Origin: a virus
DNA: 64,000 bases
IMG/VR virus record: IMGVR_UViG_3300034107_000273
Coordinates: 1 to 64,000 of that record
Direction: 5' to 3' (one strand)
Of this stretch, positions 27,257 through 38,321 are shown in pieces. How positions within the stretch are numbered: position 1 is the first letter of the stretch; each line of letters begins with the position of its first letter. Both the position numbers and the translations under genes were made by a program. The notes beneath the pieces were generated by a model. It did not search any database. It was given only the letters and a program-made list of their open reading frames with translations, and was not told where the DNA came from.

Positions 27257-30200
27257 ATGGGTTTCAATTCAAAATACAAAAGTGGCAAATCCGTTGGTAA
27301 AAACCAAACGGTACCAATTGCTGTTGATGATCCAAGATTAAAACCAGGAAAAAGAGGACAAACATATGCACGTCAAGGTGCAGAAATTCAAGAGATTGGT
27401 CTTGATGGTAAGTCATTAATCACTGGTGGAAGAAACATAAATAACCCATCTGGTACACAAAACATAACACAAGCACCTTCAGAACCAGCTCCAGTTATAC
27501 TTCCACCAATGGGGAATCAACCACCAAAGACATATCCTGGTGGTTCAGGTCCAATAGTAATTATTCCAACAGATCCAACAGATGTTTCTGTTGTATGGTC
27601 TAATGAAGATTTAGTAATCAGTTTTAATTGGGATTATGTTAATGAGGTAAATGACACAATTTCACAATTTATAGTAGAGTTAACATCTGATGGAGTAACA
27701 AAAAGAACAACAGGAAATACTTTTACTCCTAATAAAACACAAACTGCACAAACAATTACTGTAACAAAATCAATGATTACTTCTATGTTTAATGTGTTTA
27801 GAACAAATATATCTGCAGTATGTGTTCTCACAGCAGATCCACTAAATAATATAAGTAATACTATTTGTGCACCAACTGTTCCAGCATATGTGTTAAGTTT
27901 ATCAACACCATCAATAACTGTTACAGCAATCAATAATGGATATACTGTTGCATTTACAACACCAACACAAAGTGTATATGATGCAATTGAAATTGTTGAA
28001 TACGAATCTGATGCAACAACAGAACCAACTGGTGTAGATTATATAAGAACATATTTTAATACAATTAATCCAGCAGTAATTACAGTATCTAATTTTAACT
28101 ATAGATGGGTAAAAGCAAGGTTCTCATCTGATGGCGGTACTTATACATCCTATTCTACTGCTCAAAAAGTTAAACCAACTAGTCCAGTATCAGTAGATTT
28201 AACACCACCAAATGAAGTTACTCAACTTTCAGCTGTATGGTCTGGAGATAACATTATTGTTTCATACAAACTTCCATTAGAAGTAGATACAAGAGCAGCA
28301 AGAGTTCAAATAGAGCTTACTGCACCAAATAGTTTAGTTGGATATTTCTATAGGTTCCCTGATGGATCTGGAAGAGATCAGACTACTACAATTACTAAAA
28401 AAGATTTGTTTGATCAGTTTGGAGAACACTACGGTATTTTTACTGGAACATTAAGAAGTATTGATACATCTGATAATAGAACTGCAGGTGTTTCTTTCAA
28501 TGTTCCACAAAGAGCAAACCCTCTTAATGGTGTAGTTCCAACATTTACAACTCTTGCATTGTCTAATGCTTATTCTGTTAACTTTACACTGCCAACAGGT
28601 GCAGCATTTGCAGAAGTTTATGCTAAACATACAGCATGGGTAGGCGATCCAACTGATGATACATATTTAGTTTATGCAGGTCTAAGTCCAGCAGTTATTG
28701 TTGATACAGACTATACGCCAGTATACTTAAAGCTTCACTACTATGATGATTTTGGAAATACCTCTAGTTATTCTAATCAATCAAACAATAGTGTAACACC
28801 TGCTAATCCAGGTGAGATTACTTCCTTTGAAAATCCTATATCATTTGGTCCAGATGCAGTCATATATGCTGGAGATAGTGCTACATCTGGAACAAGAACT
28901 TTATTTAAGACTGGTGGTATTTTTGCATATGATGCAACAAACGCATCACCTTCAACACAAATAGTTTCTAATGCTTCAGCAGGTAGTCCAACATTTATAA
29001 CTAATCAAGCAAGCATAGGTGGTTGGACAGTAAGTGCAACAAAAATTGAAAAACTTGCTAGCGGTAAATACACTGGTATGGAAAGTGGATCAACTTATTC
29101 TTTCTATGCTGGAAGCACAACATCTGGTGGAGATGCTAATGCAAAATTTATAGTAACACCACTAGGTGAAGTAACAGCAAGAGAAATAACAATTATTGGT
29201 AATGGTGGTACAGGTAATTTAATTAGTGCAGGTGGATTATTTACTGTTAAAAATGATGGAACATTTACTGCAACTGGTGCAGACATACAAGGAAAAATTA
29301 CTGCAGACTCTGGAGAATTTAGTGGAAATGTAAAAATTGGAACAAGTGGTTCTCTATTCTCTGGAGCTATGTCTGGTAATAATTTATCAGGACTTGGTTT
29401 CATACTTAACAAAGATGGAATTTTATTTCAAAATGTCAGTGGTAGTGCAATTACTCAAATTACATCATCTGATGGAAAACTTATAACAAAGTCTGCAGAA
29501 ATTGGTGGATGGGCAGTAGATTCAAATAAGATATTTAAAACATCAGCAGGAGGACAAGGAAATCTATCTCTTGATTCTTTAAATGGATATATATATGTTT
29601 CTAGCGATAATATTTCTACGTATACTGCAGGAATAAACAGTGCATCTTCATCTACTAGCGTAGCATTTTGGGCAGGCTCAGCGGTAACTAATAGTTTGCC
29701 AAATCCTAGCAAACAAACAGATGGAGTATATGATAATAAATTTGTAGTACGAATGGATGGAAAAGTATTTGCATCTGGAGCTGAAATTAGAGGCGGTACA
29801 GTATCAAGCATAGGAGCATTAGGATCAGTAATAATTGATGGAGATAAAAGTTTAATATCATTATCAACAAATTCTAAAACTTCATATTTAATACCACGTA
29901 ATGGAAATATTTATTTAATTGCTCCAAGCTCTTCAACAACACCTCTTTGGGGCTCATTAGATGGAGCAGGAGCAGTTAATACTGTTGCACCTAATGCTGA
30001 ACCATATTTTGTAGCGGGATCTAATTTCAAAGATCCATGGAACAATACAACCCCAGGTATTGGTATGTATACTGGAAGCTGGGATTATTTTACTAATGGA
30101 GTAAGTGATCCATTTGTAACTGTTTCAAAAAGTGGAACTATACAACTTTCTGCTAGTCCAGATATTGGTTTGATTGTAGAAAAAGGTGGAGCAACAGGAG

Positions 30201-30778
30201 ATGCATTTACTGTTCCTACTATTATGATGTATACAAGTAAGGCTGGAACTGCGCCCTATAAACCTTCTACTGCATACGGTGCATGGGCAACATTCCAAAA
30301 AGGATATATAAATTTAGCAGCAAGTACAGGTGCATTTATATCTATTTTTGGAGATTCTACAAATGGTGGAACTTCAGCATGGCCTTCATGGACTAATACT
30401 GCTCCTAATACATATGCATCTGTTTCAAATAGCATATTTCTTCGTTCTGGAAAAACAACAAATACAACAAGTGATAAGAGTGCTTATGATGGAGCATCTC
30501 AAATTCTTATTAATGAATCAAAAGTATCTATTACTGGTATTCCAAGAGCATCAACTTTTGATATGAATGATTATAGAATTGGAACAGAGGGTGATGGAAA
30601 TTATAGAAATTTACCATCCCTTGGATATCCACCAAGACAAAGAATAGTTATTGAAGATCCAGAAACTGGAGAAGCACAACTTGGTTTTGCTGTATACTAT
30701 CTTGATACACAAAAAATTAATGGAACTGGACCAGGAGCTAATATGGGTGCGCAAGGAGACATTGCGGTGGTATTCTAA
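27257..30778 (+). CDS. Tail fibre / minor tail protein
   Basis: Ig/FN3-like T/S-rich domains, IGGW fibre repeats, C-terminal GAQGDIAVVF. Confidence 0.75.
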   Translation: MGFNSKYKSGKSVGKNQTVPIAVDDPRLKPGKRGQTYARQGAEIQEIGLDGKSLITGGRNINNPSGTQNITQAPSEPAPVILPPMGNQPPKTYPGGSGPIVIIPTDPTDVSVVWSNEDLVISFNWDYVNEVNDTISQFIVELTSDGVTKRTTGNTFTPNKTQTAQTITVTKSMITSMFNVFRTNISAVCVLTADPLNNISNTICAPTVPAYVLSLSTPSITVTAINNGYTVAFTTPTQSVYDAIEIVEYESDATTEPTGVDYIRTYFNTINPAVITVSNFNYRWVKARFSSDGGTYTSYSTAQKVKPTSPVSVDLTPPNEVTQLSAVWSGDNIIVSYKLPLEVDTRAARVQIELTAPNSLVGYFYRFPDGSGRDQTTTITKKDLFDQFGEHYGIFTGTLRSIDTSDNRTAGVSFNVPQRANPLNGVVPTFTTLALSNAYSVNFTLPTGAAFAEVYAKHTAWVGDPTDDTYLVYAGLSPAVIVDTDYTPVYLKLHYYDDFGNTSSYSNQSNNSVTPANPGEITSFENPISFGPDAVIYAGDSATSGTRTLFKTGGIFAYDATNASPSTQIVSNASAGSPTFITNQASIGGWTVSATKIEKLASGKYTGMESGSTYSFYAGSTTSGGDANAKFIVTPLGEVTAREITIIGNGGTGNLISAGGLFTVKNDGTFTATGADIQGKITADSGEFSGNVKIGTSGSLFSGAMSGNNLSGLGFILNKDGILFQNVSGSAITQITSSDGKLITKSAEIGGWAVDSNKIFKTSAGGQGNLSLDSLNGYIYVSSDNISTYTAGINSASSSTSVAFWAGSAVTNSLPNPSKQTDGVYDNKFVVRMDGKVFASGAEIRGGTVSSIGALGSVIIDGDKSLISLSTNSKTSYLIPRNGNIYLIAPSSSTTPLWGSLDGAGAVNTVAPNAEPYFVAGSNFKDPWNNTTPGIGMYTGSWDYFTNGVSDPFVTVSKSGTIQLSASPDIGLIVEKGGATGDAFTVPTIMMYTSKAGTAPYKPSTAYGAWATFQKGYINLAASTGAFISIFGDSTNGGTSAWPSWTNTAPNTYASVSNSIFLRSGKTTNTTSDKSAYDGASQILINESKVSITGIPRASTFDMNDYRIGTEGDGNYRNLPSLGYPPRQRIVIEDPETGEAQLGFAVYYLDTQKINGTGPGANMGAQGDIAVVF

Positions 30779-33700
30779 TGGCACTTCATATAAAGAAATC
30801 CACTGGGTGGACAGAAGCATTGGGATTCTATGTAAAGAGGCCAAATGGTTGGACAATTATAAAAAAGGGTTTTGTAAAAAAAGCTACAGGTTGGAAACAA
30901 TTCTGGCCTCTTGCTGGACCAAATATAGATTTTCCCTTAGAAATATCTAGAAGTTCTGCATCTTGGCCATCAACACTAACTGGTACAAATTATCATTGGG
31001 AGGATGCAGATACATTTTTTTATAAGTTTCAATCTTCATTAACAGATTCAACAAATCCAGCAGACTGGACAGATCTAATAAGCTATACAACAATATTAAA
31101 CCCAATAACTGGTAGATCTAATACAAAGACTTATTCAGTAACAAGTAGTTTATTCAGTCCAACTGTTAGAAGCAAATGGTTTAGATTTGTAGTCAAAGCG
31201 GTAGATACAACAAACAATATAACAACAATAGAGTATAGCAATACAGTTAATATATCAAAAACAGATCTTGTAGGAACTCCTGGTACTGTTGTAATTGAAA
31301 GACAGTCAGCATCATCTTATGTTTATTCTGTTATTAATAATGGTACATGGTCAAGCACACCAGAAAGTTATCAGTATCAATGGTTTCAAAACCTGCCTGG
31401 ATCATCCCCATCACCAATAACTGGAGCTACAGAAAATACATATAATATGCAATCGTTTATAGATAGAGAAATAAAATGTCAGGTTAAAGCAGTTGATGAT
31501 CTTGGTGCAGTAGCAGAAATAGCAATTGATTCAAATACTTTAACTGTAAATGCAGCACCCGCATCAATTAACTCATTTACAGTCATTGGTGATGCTATGC
31601 AAGCTTTTTATTCTTTTGATGTATCAAGTGTATATAATATAGGAAGTGGACTAACCATTGAGATAGTTTTTCAACAAAAACTAAATAACGGTACTTGGCT
31701 TACAACTAATACAATATTTCCTTCTTCAAAAACTGGAACAAACGTTACTGTATTATTTAATGATGGTGGAACATATAGAGGAACAATATATGTTAGAGAT
31801 AACATAAACCCAGAAATAAGTTTTACTACTCCTGAGTTTTCTGTAGAAAGAATGCTTTTTAGAAATGTAGCAATTAACGAAACTCAAACTGGGTTTACAG
31901 CACCATCTAACATTAACTTTGCCAATACCTGGCTTCCTGGACAATCAGTACAGACTGGTGCTATTGGTTGGACAAATGGTGCCAACATGAATACAACAGA
32001 TGTTTATTGGAGCGGAAATTACAATGGTAGTGAGATTAATAAACCAGTATCTGGACAAGGACAATATGTAGAATTTGACTTAAGTGAATCAACTGGAAAT
32101 GCATCAATTACTGCAACAGTTGAGCAGACTGGTCTTGGACAAGCAACAATATCTTGGGAGCAACAAGGATCACAAAGCTACAAAATAATTTATAGGGTTG
32201 ACTCCAATGTTAGCCCTGGATATACTGATATTCCTGTAACTGGAAATGATTCAAGTACGTTTCCATCAAAAATTGTAAATGCAACAGATTCAGATGTGTC
32301 TGTTAGAGCACTTTATTTATATTCTCTTCCAAATCAAGCTGGAAGAGAGTTTGGAAGTACAATAACTTTTCCACCAACAGTAACTCTTGGAGCTGGCACA
32401 CAACTAGAAACAACAGCATCAGGAACCATTAATCTTATTACTGCACCAACTGCACCAACAGGACTATCTAAAATTGCAGAAAATAATGGAAGTATAACAT
32501 TTTCTTGGTCTCCACCTATAAATGATGGTGGAACACCTATAACAAGATATGATGTTATGGTTATTCAAAATGGAGTTGGATCATATATTTCAAATGGATT
32601 ATCAACAACATATACTGCAACTTTTAGTACTGGTAATACTGGTGTGTTTTATGTAAGAGCTGTAAATGCTTGGTCAGTAGGCCCAGCTGCTTTCACTGAA
32701 AACTTATATATACCAGCAATTTTAACGGGACCAGTAGGCACATCAACTACAGCAACAACAACAAGAGCAAGCTGGACATCATACTATCAAAGTGGTTATA
32801 GCCTATCTCTTCTTGGAAATTCTACATACACAGGAACAAGTGCAACACATAGAGATATATCTGGGCTATCTCCTTCAACACAATATCCTGTTGCACTTTC
32901 TATTAATTCTGTAACTGGAAATACTGCAACTCAAAGTCTTTCTTATACAATAACTGGTGCTTCTACAACAGGATCTGTTGTTACATATATTACCAATAAT
33001 CAATTACGTGCAGGACAAAGAGTAGTTATAACTGGAGTTAGTCCAAGCTCATATAATATGAATGCAACTGTTGCATCGGCTACAAAAACATCTTTTACTA
33101 TTAATACGTTTGTGACTCCAGGTACTACATATTCATCTGGTGGAACAGCTTCTGCTATTATTAATACTCTTGCAGAAGTTCCAACAATTACTACCTCAAA
33201 TATTACAGCAGGTGGATTCACAGCAAATTGGTCAGCATCTGGTGCATACAAATATTATGTTGATATTTATAGATCAAGTACTGGAACTTCAATTGCTGGT
33301 TATCCAACTTATACTACTTTGACAACCTCTGGAGCACTTACAGGACTTGTTCAAGGTGCTTTATATAGTATTTCTGTAAGATCAATAAATAATATTGATC
33401 AACAATCTACTACTGCTATACAATCTGTTACAACAGGATCAGCACCTTCTGGAGGATCTGTTTCAATTTCTACAAATACTGGAAACTATAATGTTGGAAG
33501 TATAATAACTTATTCAACTACTGGTTGGTCTAACTCACCTACAAGTTATGACTTAAGGCTATACAATGGAACAAGTCCAGTATTAACATCAGATCCATTA
33601 AGAGCAAGTACTACTTCTTCAAGTGGCACATATACAATTACTTCAGCAGATCAAAGTAAGTACTTTAAAGCATTTGCTACAGCAACAAATATCTATGGAA

Positions 33701-34266
33701 CTTCAACAGAGGCTAGCTCATCTCAAGTAGGTCCAGTTCCAGCACCTATATTATATACGGTTACTTTTACTACAAACGGAGCAACATTTGGAGCTCCTTC
33801 AGTTAGTTCAGTAACACAAGATTCATCAGGAGCATCAGTAACTTTAGCTACTGTAGGAACAATGGGTAAGCCACCGTTTGTATTTGGTGGATGGACAATA
33901 GATGGAGTAAGTTATCCTTCTGGAGGAACTTATACTCCTACAGCAAATGTAAATGCATCTGCTATTTGGAATGCATCAGGATCTGCTCCATCTACACCAA
34001 GTGGATTAACAAACTCATATTCATCAGGACCAACTTGGACTGGATCCTGGGCAGCCTCAAGCGGTACTGCTCCTATAACATATTATTGGACACTTTATCA
34101 ATCTGCAACAGTTGGTGGAACAATAAATGCTACAGCATCAGGAAGTACAACTTCAACGTCATTTACAAAAACAATGTTATCTGCAGATGGCCTATGGGCT
34201 CAATTTACAGTATACGCTTCAAATTCAAGTGGAACTTCAGGAACAGCAACGTCAGGATGGGCATGA
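30778..34266 (+). CDS. Distal tail fibre / adhesin with FN3 and Ig-like domains
   Basis: N-terminal xVKxxxGW repeats; FN3 motif SWSPPINDGGTPITRY; B-repeat-like YTVTF...FGGW. Confidence 0.75.
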   Translation: MALHIKKSTGWTEALGFYVKRPNGWTIIKKGFVKKATGWKQFWPLAGPNIDFPLEISRSSASWPSTLTGTNYHWEDADTFFYKFQSSLTDSTNPADWTDLISYTTILNPITGRSNTKTYSVTSSLFSPTVRSKWFRFVVKAVDTTNNITTIEYSNTVNISKTDLVGTPGTVVIERQSASSYVYSVINNGTWSSTPESYQYQWFQNLPGSSPSPITGATENTYNMQSFIDREIKCQVKAVDDLGAVAEIAIDSNTLTVNAAPASINSFTVIGDAMQAFYSFDVSSVYNIGSGLTIEIVFQQKLNNGTWLTTNTIFPSSKTGTNVTVLFNDGGTYRGTIYVRDNINPEISFTTPEFSVERMLFRNVAINETQTGFTAPSNINFANTWLPGQSVQTGAIGWTNGANMNTTDVYWSGNYNGSEINKPVSGQGQYVEFDLSESTGNASITATVEQTGLGQATISWEQQGSQSYKIIYRVDSNVSPGYTDIPVTGNDSSTFPSKIVNATDSDVSVRALYLYSLPNQAGREFGSTITFPPTVTLGAGTQLETTASGTINLITAPTAPTGLSKIAENNGSITFSWSPPINDGGTPITRYDVMVIQNGVGSYISNGLSTTYTATFSTGNTGVFYVRAVNAWSVGPAAFTENLYIPAILTGPVGTSTTATTTRASWTSYYQSGYSLSLLGNSTYTGTSATHRDISGLSPSTQYPVALSINSVTGNTATQSLSYTITGASTTGSVVTYITNNQLRAGQRVVITGVSPSSYNMNATVASATKTSFTINTFVTPGTTYSSGGTASAIINTLAEVPTITTSNITAGGFTANWSASGAYKYYVDIYRSSTGTSIAGYPTYTTLTTSGALTGLVQGALYSISVRSINNIDQQSTTAIQSVTTGSAPSGGSVSISTNTGNYNVGSIITYSTTGWSNSPTSYDLRLYNGTSPVLTSDPLRASTTSSSGTYTITSADQSKYFKAFATATNIYGTSTEASSSQVGPVPAPILYTVTFTTNGATFGAPSVSSVTQDSSGASVTLATVGTMGKPPFVFGGWTIDGVSYPSGGTYTPTANVNASAIWNASGSAPSTPSGLTNSYSSGPTWTGSWAASSGTAPITYYWTLYQSATVGGTINATASGSTTSTSFTKTMLSADGLWAQFTVYASNSSGTSGTATSGWA

Positions 34267-34267
34267 T

Positions 34268-34465
34268 ATGACTAATGAAGAAAAGATAATCTTGTTAAAC
34301 AATAGGATTGATAATTTTAATATACATATAGGTATATTAGAAAAAGATATCTTGGACAATCCAAATGATGATCATCCAGACAAACCTTTAAGGCAAGATG
34401 TACTAAATAATTTTTATGCTATGAGGCAGGCTATTGTTCAAGAAATAGAAGAACTAACTGCCTAA
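34268..34465 (+). CDS. Small helical protein (possible fibre chaperone)
   Basis: MTNEEKIILL; follows the fibre stop codon. Confidence 0.6.
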   Translation: MTNEEKIILLNNRIDNFNIHIGILEKDILDNPNDDHPDKPLRQDVLNNFYAMRQAIVQEIEELTA

Positions 34466-34474
34466 TCTATGGTA

Positions 34475-34483
34475 TGATATAAT
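34475..34483 (+). promoter_or_regulatory. Extended -10 promoter
   Basis: TGATATAAT, then SD AAGGAGG. Confidence 0.6.
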
Positions 34484-34501
34484 AAGACAAGGAGGAAAAA
34501 A

Positions 34502-34717
34502 ATGGCATACGTACTAACAAATGAAGAAAAGATCGGAATTGTTGAACAACACTTAAGAAACCTAGAATATTCTAAGTTTAATGTTTCAATATCATTAATT
34601 GAAGAATCATCTATTACTCCAGTAAAGCAGGACTTAATTGATGATCTTGAAAAGCAAATATCAGATATTAATGCAAAAATTGAATCACTAGTGGCTGAAT
34701 TAGCAACACTTAACTAG
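34502..34717 (+). CDS. Small helical protein, probable paralog of 34268
   Basis: LTNEEKIGIV; strong SD. Confidence 0.7.
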   Translation: MAYVLTNEEKIGIVEQHLRNLEYSKFNVSISLIEESSITPVKQDLIDDLEKQISDINAKIESLVAELATLN

Positions 34718-34744
34718 CAATAACTAATTAATCAGGGGGTAATT

Positions 34745-34936
34745 ATGGATAAGGCTGAATTAATTATTACAGCTTTGCAACAACGTATTGGAGAACTAGT
34801 CTCTAATTATGAAACACAGGTAGCTATTCTTAGAGCAGAAATTACAACTTATGCTCAAGAAAAAGAAGCAGCAGAAAAAGAAGAAGCAGAAAAACAAAAT
34901 GCTTTATCTGAGTACTCATCTACTCTTGAAAAATAA
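34745..34936 (+). CDS. Coiled-coil hypothetical protein
   Basis: ORF with SD GGGGG. Confidence 0.7.
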   Translation: MDKAELIITALQQRIGELVSNYETQVAILRAEITTYAQEKEAAEKEEAEKQNALSEYSSTLEK

Positions 34937-34948
34937 ATAAAGGAAATA

Positions 34949-35140
34949 ATGTTAAATTGTAATAGATGCTCTGGACGTGTATTTGTAGATAGACAATATA
35001 GTAACTCTGATCATATAGAAACTTCTTGCATTACGTGTGGTAATAGAAAATTCTATCATCCACCTTCAGCAACTAAAGAGGGAGCATGGATACTTCAAAA
35101 GGAAAAATCCAGAGCCAAGCATACAATAACGAACCTGTAA
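34949..35140 (+). CDS. Zinc-ribbon protein
   Basis: CNRC...CITCG. Confidence 0.7.
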   Translation: MLNCNRCSGRVFVDRQYSNSDHIETSCITCGNRKFYHPPSATKEGAWILQKEKSRAKHTITNL

Positions 35141-35628
35141 TAAAAGGTAAAGTTAAAGTATGGTTTGTAAATGGTGATCTTGTAAAGGTCTACCACAGCT
35201 CTCGTTCTACTGGAATGGTTACGTTTTATAATATAACTAAAGATCGTTTAGAGACATGCTTGCTTGCTGATTTTAAAAAAAGTCGTGAGCGTGCATATAG
35301 TGTAGCAGAAACTGCAAAACTTGTCAATAGACATAGAAAGTATATTCCAAGTTTAATTAAACGAGGAGTTATTCCTCCACCAATTGGTGCATCACTTAAT
35401 GGTGAAAGATCTTTTAAGGTAAGAGCTTATTATTCAGAATCTCATGTCAGAGAGATTCGTGCTATACTTGCAAGTATACATATTGGACAACCAAGAAAAG
35501 ACAAATTAATAACAAACAACATGACTCCTACAAGCCAAGAGTTGACACGGCGTATGGGAGACGGTATACTTACATATACGAGAACAGAAGATGGACGATT
35601 TATTCCAGTGTGGAGTGAGTCTATATAA
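35086..35628 (+). CDS. MerR/excisionase-like HTH DNA-binding protein
   Basis: AYSVAETAKLVNRHRKYIPSLIKRGVIPPP...RAYYSESHV. Confidence 0.65.
   Translation: MDTSKGKIQSQAYNNEPVIKGKVKVWFVNGDLVKVYHSSRSTGMVTFYNITKDRLETCLLADFKKSRERAYSVAETAKLVNRHRKYIPSLIKRGVIPPPIGASLNGERSFKVRAYYSESHVREIRAILASIHIGQPRKDKLITNNMTPTSQELTRRMGDGILTYTRTEDGRFIPVWSESI
35542..35570 (+). promoter_or_regulatory. SigA-type promoter for replication genes
   Basis: TTGACA-N17-TATACT. Confidence 0.7.
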
Positions 35629-35647
35629 TTTAGAAATGGGTGGGGTA

Positions 35648-35854
35648 ATGGAAAACGATTCAACAAAGGTAAATGTAACACTAGGATATACACTTAATCT
35701 AGGAAATTTTCAATCACTAAGGCTTGATCTTGGAGTTGTAGATAGCAAGCGTGATGGAGAAACTACAAGCGAAGCTTTTGAGCGTGTTTATAAGTTTGTA
35801 GAAGATAAGTTAACTGATAAGATTAACGAAGCAAAGTCTGAAATCAACGAGTAA
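35648..35854 (+). CDS. Hypothetical protein
   Basis: MENDSTKVNVTLGYTLNLGNFQSLRLD. Confidence 0.7.
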   Translation: MENDSTKVNVTLGYTLNLGNFQSLRLDLGVVDSKRDGETTSEAFERVYKFVEDKLTDKINEAKSEINE

Positions 35855-36162
35855 TGGCTGAACGCAAAGACCGTATGGCTTTGCTTAGTAGATACTCAAA
35901 ATTGCACACAGCAAGGTATGAGCAAAAGCCATCTCTAAATTTAAATGTTGAACAATGGGCAGCAGACGGCCTAGTTGAATCATACGGAATGTCTCAGTGC
36001 TATGACTTATTAGACTATTATTTTTCTGTTGCACAAGATCCAACTTGGAATTACTTTGCTTATAATGCAGAAAAAATTCTTAATGGTAAACTAGATGTAG
36101 AACAAGATATAAAAGATAGAAAAGAACGCAGGGCTAAAGCAAAGGAGTGGCTAAGTGAATAA
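35854..36162 (+). CDS. Hypothetical protein preceding helicase
   Basis: Coupled ORF overlapping the helicase start. Confidence 0.7.
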   Translation: MAERKDRMALLSRYSKLHTARYEQKPSLNLNVEQWAADGLVESYGMSQCYDLLDYYFSVAQDPTWNYFAYNAEKILNGKLDVEQDIKDRKERRAKAKEWLSE

Positions 36163-37378
36163 TACAGAGGCTAAAGTAATTTCAGCGGTATTACAGGATA
36201 AGCAACTTCATGTCTTATTACAGGCAAACGTAGAAACATTCCTTAGAACACACAATGACGTATGGAATTTTATTCGTCTGTATGCTGAGAATAATGGAAC
36301 TGTTCCTCCAGCATCATTGGTAGTAGAAAAGTTTAGAGACTTTGAAATTATTAAAGAGGTTGGAGCAACCAAGCACCACCTAGAAGAATTACAAACAGAA
36401 TATTTAAATGATACATTAAAAGATATTTTAAGATCAGCAGCAACTGAGGTGCAGGGTGGTCAGGGATCAATAGCACTTGAAGATCTTATCACCAAAACAT
36501 CTACCCTAAAAAAGAATACATCTTCTATCCGTGATATTGATGCTACAGATATTGATTCTGCTATTGCATACTTTGAAAATGTAAAAGAGCAAATGGCTTT
36601 AGGTCATCGTGGTATTAAAACAGGATTGCCAGGATTTGATAACTACCTACCTTCTGGAATTATGCCAGGGCAACTAGGAGTCTTTTTAGCTTATCCAGGT
36701 ATAGGAAAGTCATGGATGGCTCTATACTTCGCTGTACAGGCCTGGAAACAGGGTAAGACACCCCTTATTATCTCCCTTGAGATGAGTGAGACAGAGGTTC
36801 GTAACCGTGTCTTTACAATTATGGGTGAGGGTCTATGGTCACATAGAAAGCTTTCTAATGGTGAAGTAGAACTTGACATGATGAAGAAGTGGCATACAGA
36901 TAAAATTGATGGTCGTCCACCATTTCATATTATCTCAAATGATTCTGGTGGAGAAGTAACACCTTCTGTAATCCGTGGAAAGTTAGATCAGTATAAGCCT
37001 GACTTTGTTGTGGTTGATTATCTACAACTTATGTCTCCAAATCAAAAGGCTGATAACGAAACGGTAAAGATGAAAAACCTTTCACGTGAACTTAAACTAA
37101 TGGCTATTAGTGAAGAAGTACCTATTATTGCTATCTCATCTGCTACACCTGATGATGTTAAAGATATGTCTACTGTTCCTACACTTGCACAAACTGCTTG
37201 GTCAAGACAGATTGCCTATGATGCTGACTGGGTTTTAGCATTAGGTCGTGGACTTAATAGCGATATTATTGAGTGTGCATTTAGAAAGAACCGTAATGGT
37301 TTTATGGGAGACTTCTTAGTTCAGTGTGACTTTGACAAGGGTTACTATCGTTATAAGGATTTTGAAGATGGCAAGTAA
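36155..37378 (+). CDS. dnaB: DnaB-like replicative helicase
   Basis: AYPGIGKS Walker A, ISLEM, VVVDYLQLM, AYDAD, KNRNG. Confidence 0.93.
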   Translation: MNNTEAKVISAVLQDKQLHVLLQANVETFLRTHNDVWNFIRLYAENNGTVPPASLVVEKFRDFEIIKEVGATKHHLEELQTEYLNDTLKDILRSAATEVQGGQGSIALEDLITKTSTLKKNTSSIRDIDATDIDSAIAYFENVKEQMALGHRGIKTGLPGFDNYLPSGIMPGQLGVFLAYPGIGKSWMALYFAVQAWKQGKTPLIISLEMSETEVRNRVFTIMGEGLWSHRKLSNGEVELDMMKKWHTDKIDGRPPFHIISNDSGGEVTPSVIRGKLDQYKPDFVVVDYLQLMSPNQKADNETVKMKNLSRELKLMAISEEVPIIAISSATPDDVKDMSTVPTLAQTAWSRQIAYDADWVLALGRGLNSDIIECAFRKNRNGFMGDFLVQCDFDKGYYRYKDFEDGK

Positions 37379-38294
37379 AGAGATATATACAGAAGAACAG
37401 ATTCGTCGTGTACTTAATGGTGCAGGACTAGATATTGAAGCGGAGTTTGGTAATGACTTCATTATCTATTGCCCATACCACAACAACACTAGAACACCTG
37501 CTGGAGAAGTAGCAAAAGACAGTGGTTTGTTTTTTTGTTTTGGATGTCAAGTTACTAAGAATCTTGTTGAGTTAATCATGTTTACTTCAAACAGATCATA
37601 CTTTGAAACTGTCAGATATATTAAAGGCAAAGAGCAGCAATCTGATATCCAAACAATAGTTGGAAAAGCTTTATATGCACCACCTGATTTTGTTCAGTAT
37701 GATGAACTGCTTATTAAAAGATTAAATAAGCAAGCACTTGATACGCCAATAGCAATGAATTATTTTAATAGTCGTAGAATTAATAAGGAATCTGTAATTA
37801 AGTTTGATCTTGGTTATTCAGAAAAGCAAGGTTCTGTAACTATACCAATTCACTCACCTGATTCTATGTGTATTGGGTTTGTTGCTAGAACAATTGAAGG
37901 AAAAGAGTTTAAAAATACACCAGGACTTCCAAAGAGTAAGGTTCTTTTTAACTTGCACAGAGTAAAGAGTTCTAGTATAGTATATGTAGTGGAATCATCA
38001 TTTGATGCTATCCGCTTAGACCAAGTAGGTTTTCCAGCAGTTGCAACGCTGGGTGCTAATGTGTCTGTATCTCAGATCAGACTATTAGAAAAGTACTTCA
38101 ATAATGTTGTACTTATTGCAGATAACGATGAGGCTGGTAGCATTATGAAAGATAAACTAATTGAAAAATTAGGAAGTCTTGTAACAGTTATTAGCCTAGA
38201 TAAAAAATATAAAGACATAGGAGACATGGATGATGATGAGATTAGAAAATTGGAGTTCCAGTTTGACAATTCAATCATATCTATGCTAAAATAG
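37368..38294 (+). CDS. dnaG: DNA primase
   Basis: CPYH...CFGC zinc finger; TOPRIM VVESSFDAI, ADNDEAG. Confidence 0.9.
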   Translation: MASKEIYTEEQIRRVLNGAGLDIEAEFGNDFIIYCPYHNNTRTPAGEVAKDSGLFFCFGCQVTKNLVELIMFTSNRSYFETVRYIKGKEQQSDIQTIVGKALYAPPDFVQYDELLIKRLNKQALDTPIAMNYFNSRRINKESVIKFDLGYSEKQGSVTIPIHSPDSMCIGFVARTIEGKEFKNTPGLPKSKVLFNLHRVKSSSIVYVVESSFDAIRLDQVGFPAVATLGANVSVSQIRLLEKYFNNVVLIADNDEAGSIMKDKLIEKLGSLVTVISLDKKYKDIGDMDDDEIRKLEFQFDNSIISMLK

Positions 38295-38321
38295 AAAAAA
38301 CAAACAAGGAGAAAAACAAAA

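Noticed and set aside
33891-34465. Alternative-frame ORFs 33891-34271 and the 5' extension 34127-34267
   Set aside because: They overlap the fibre gene out of frame and have shadow-like composition; only 34268-34465 is kept
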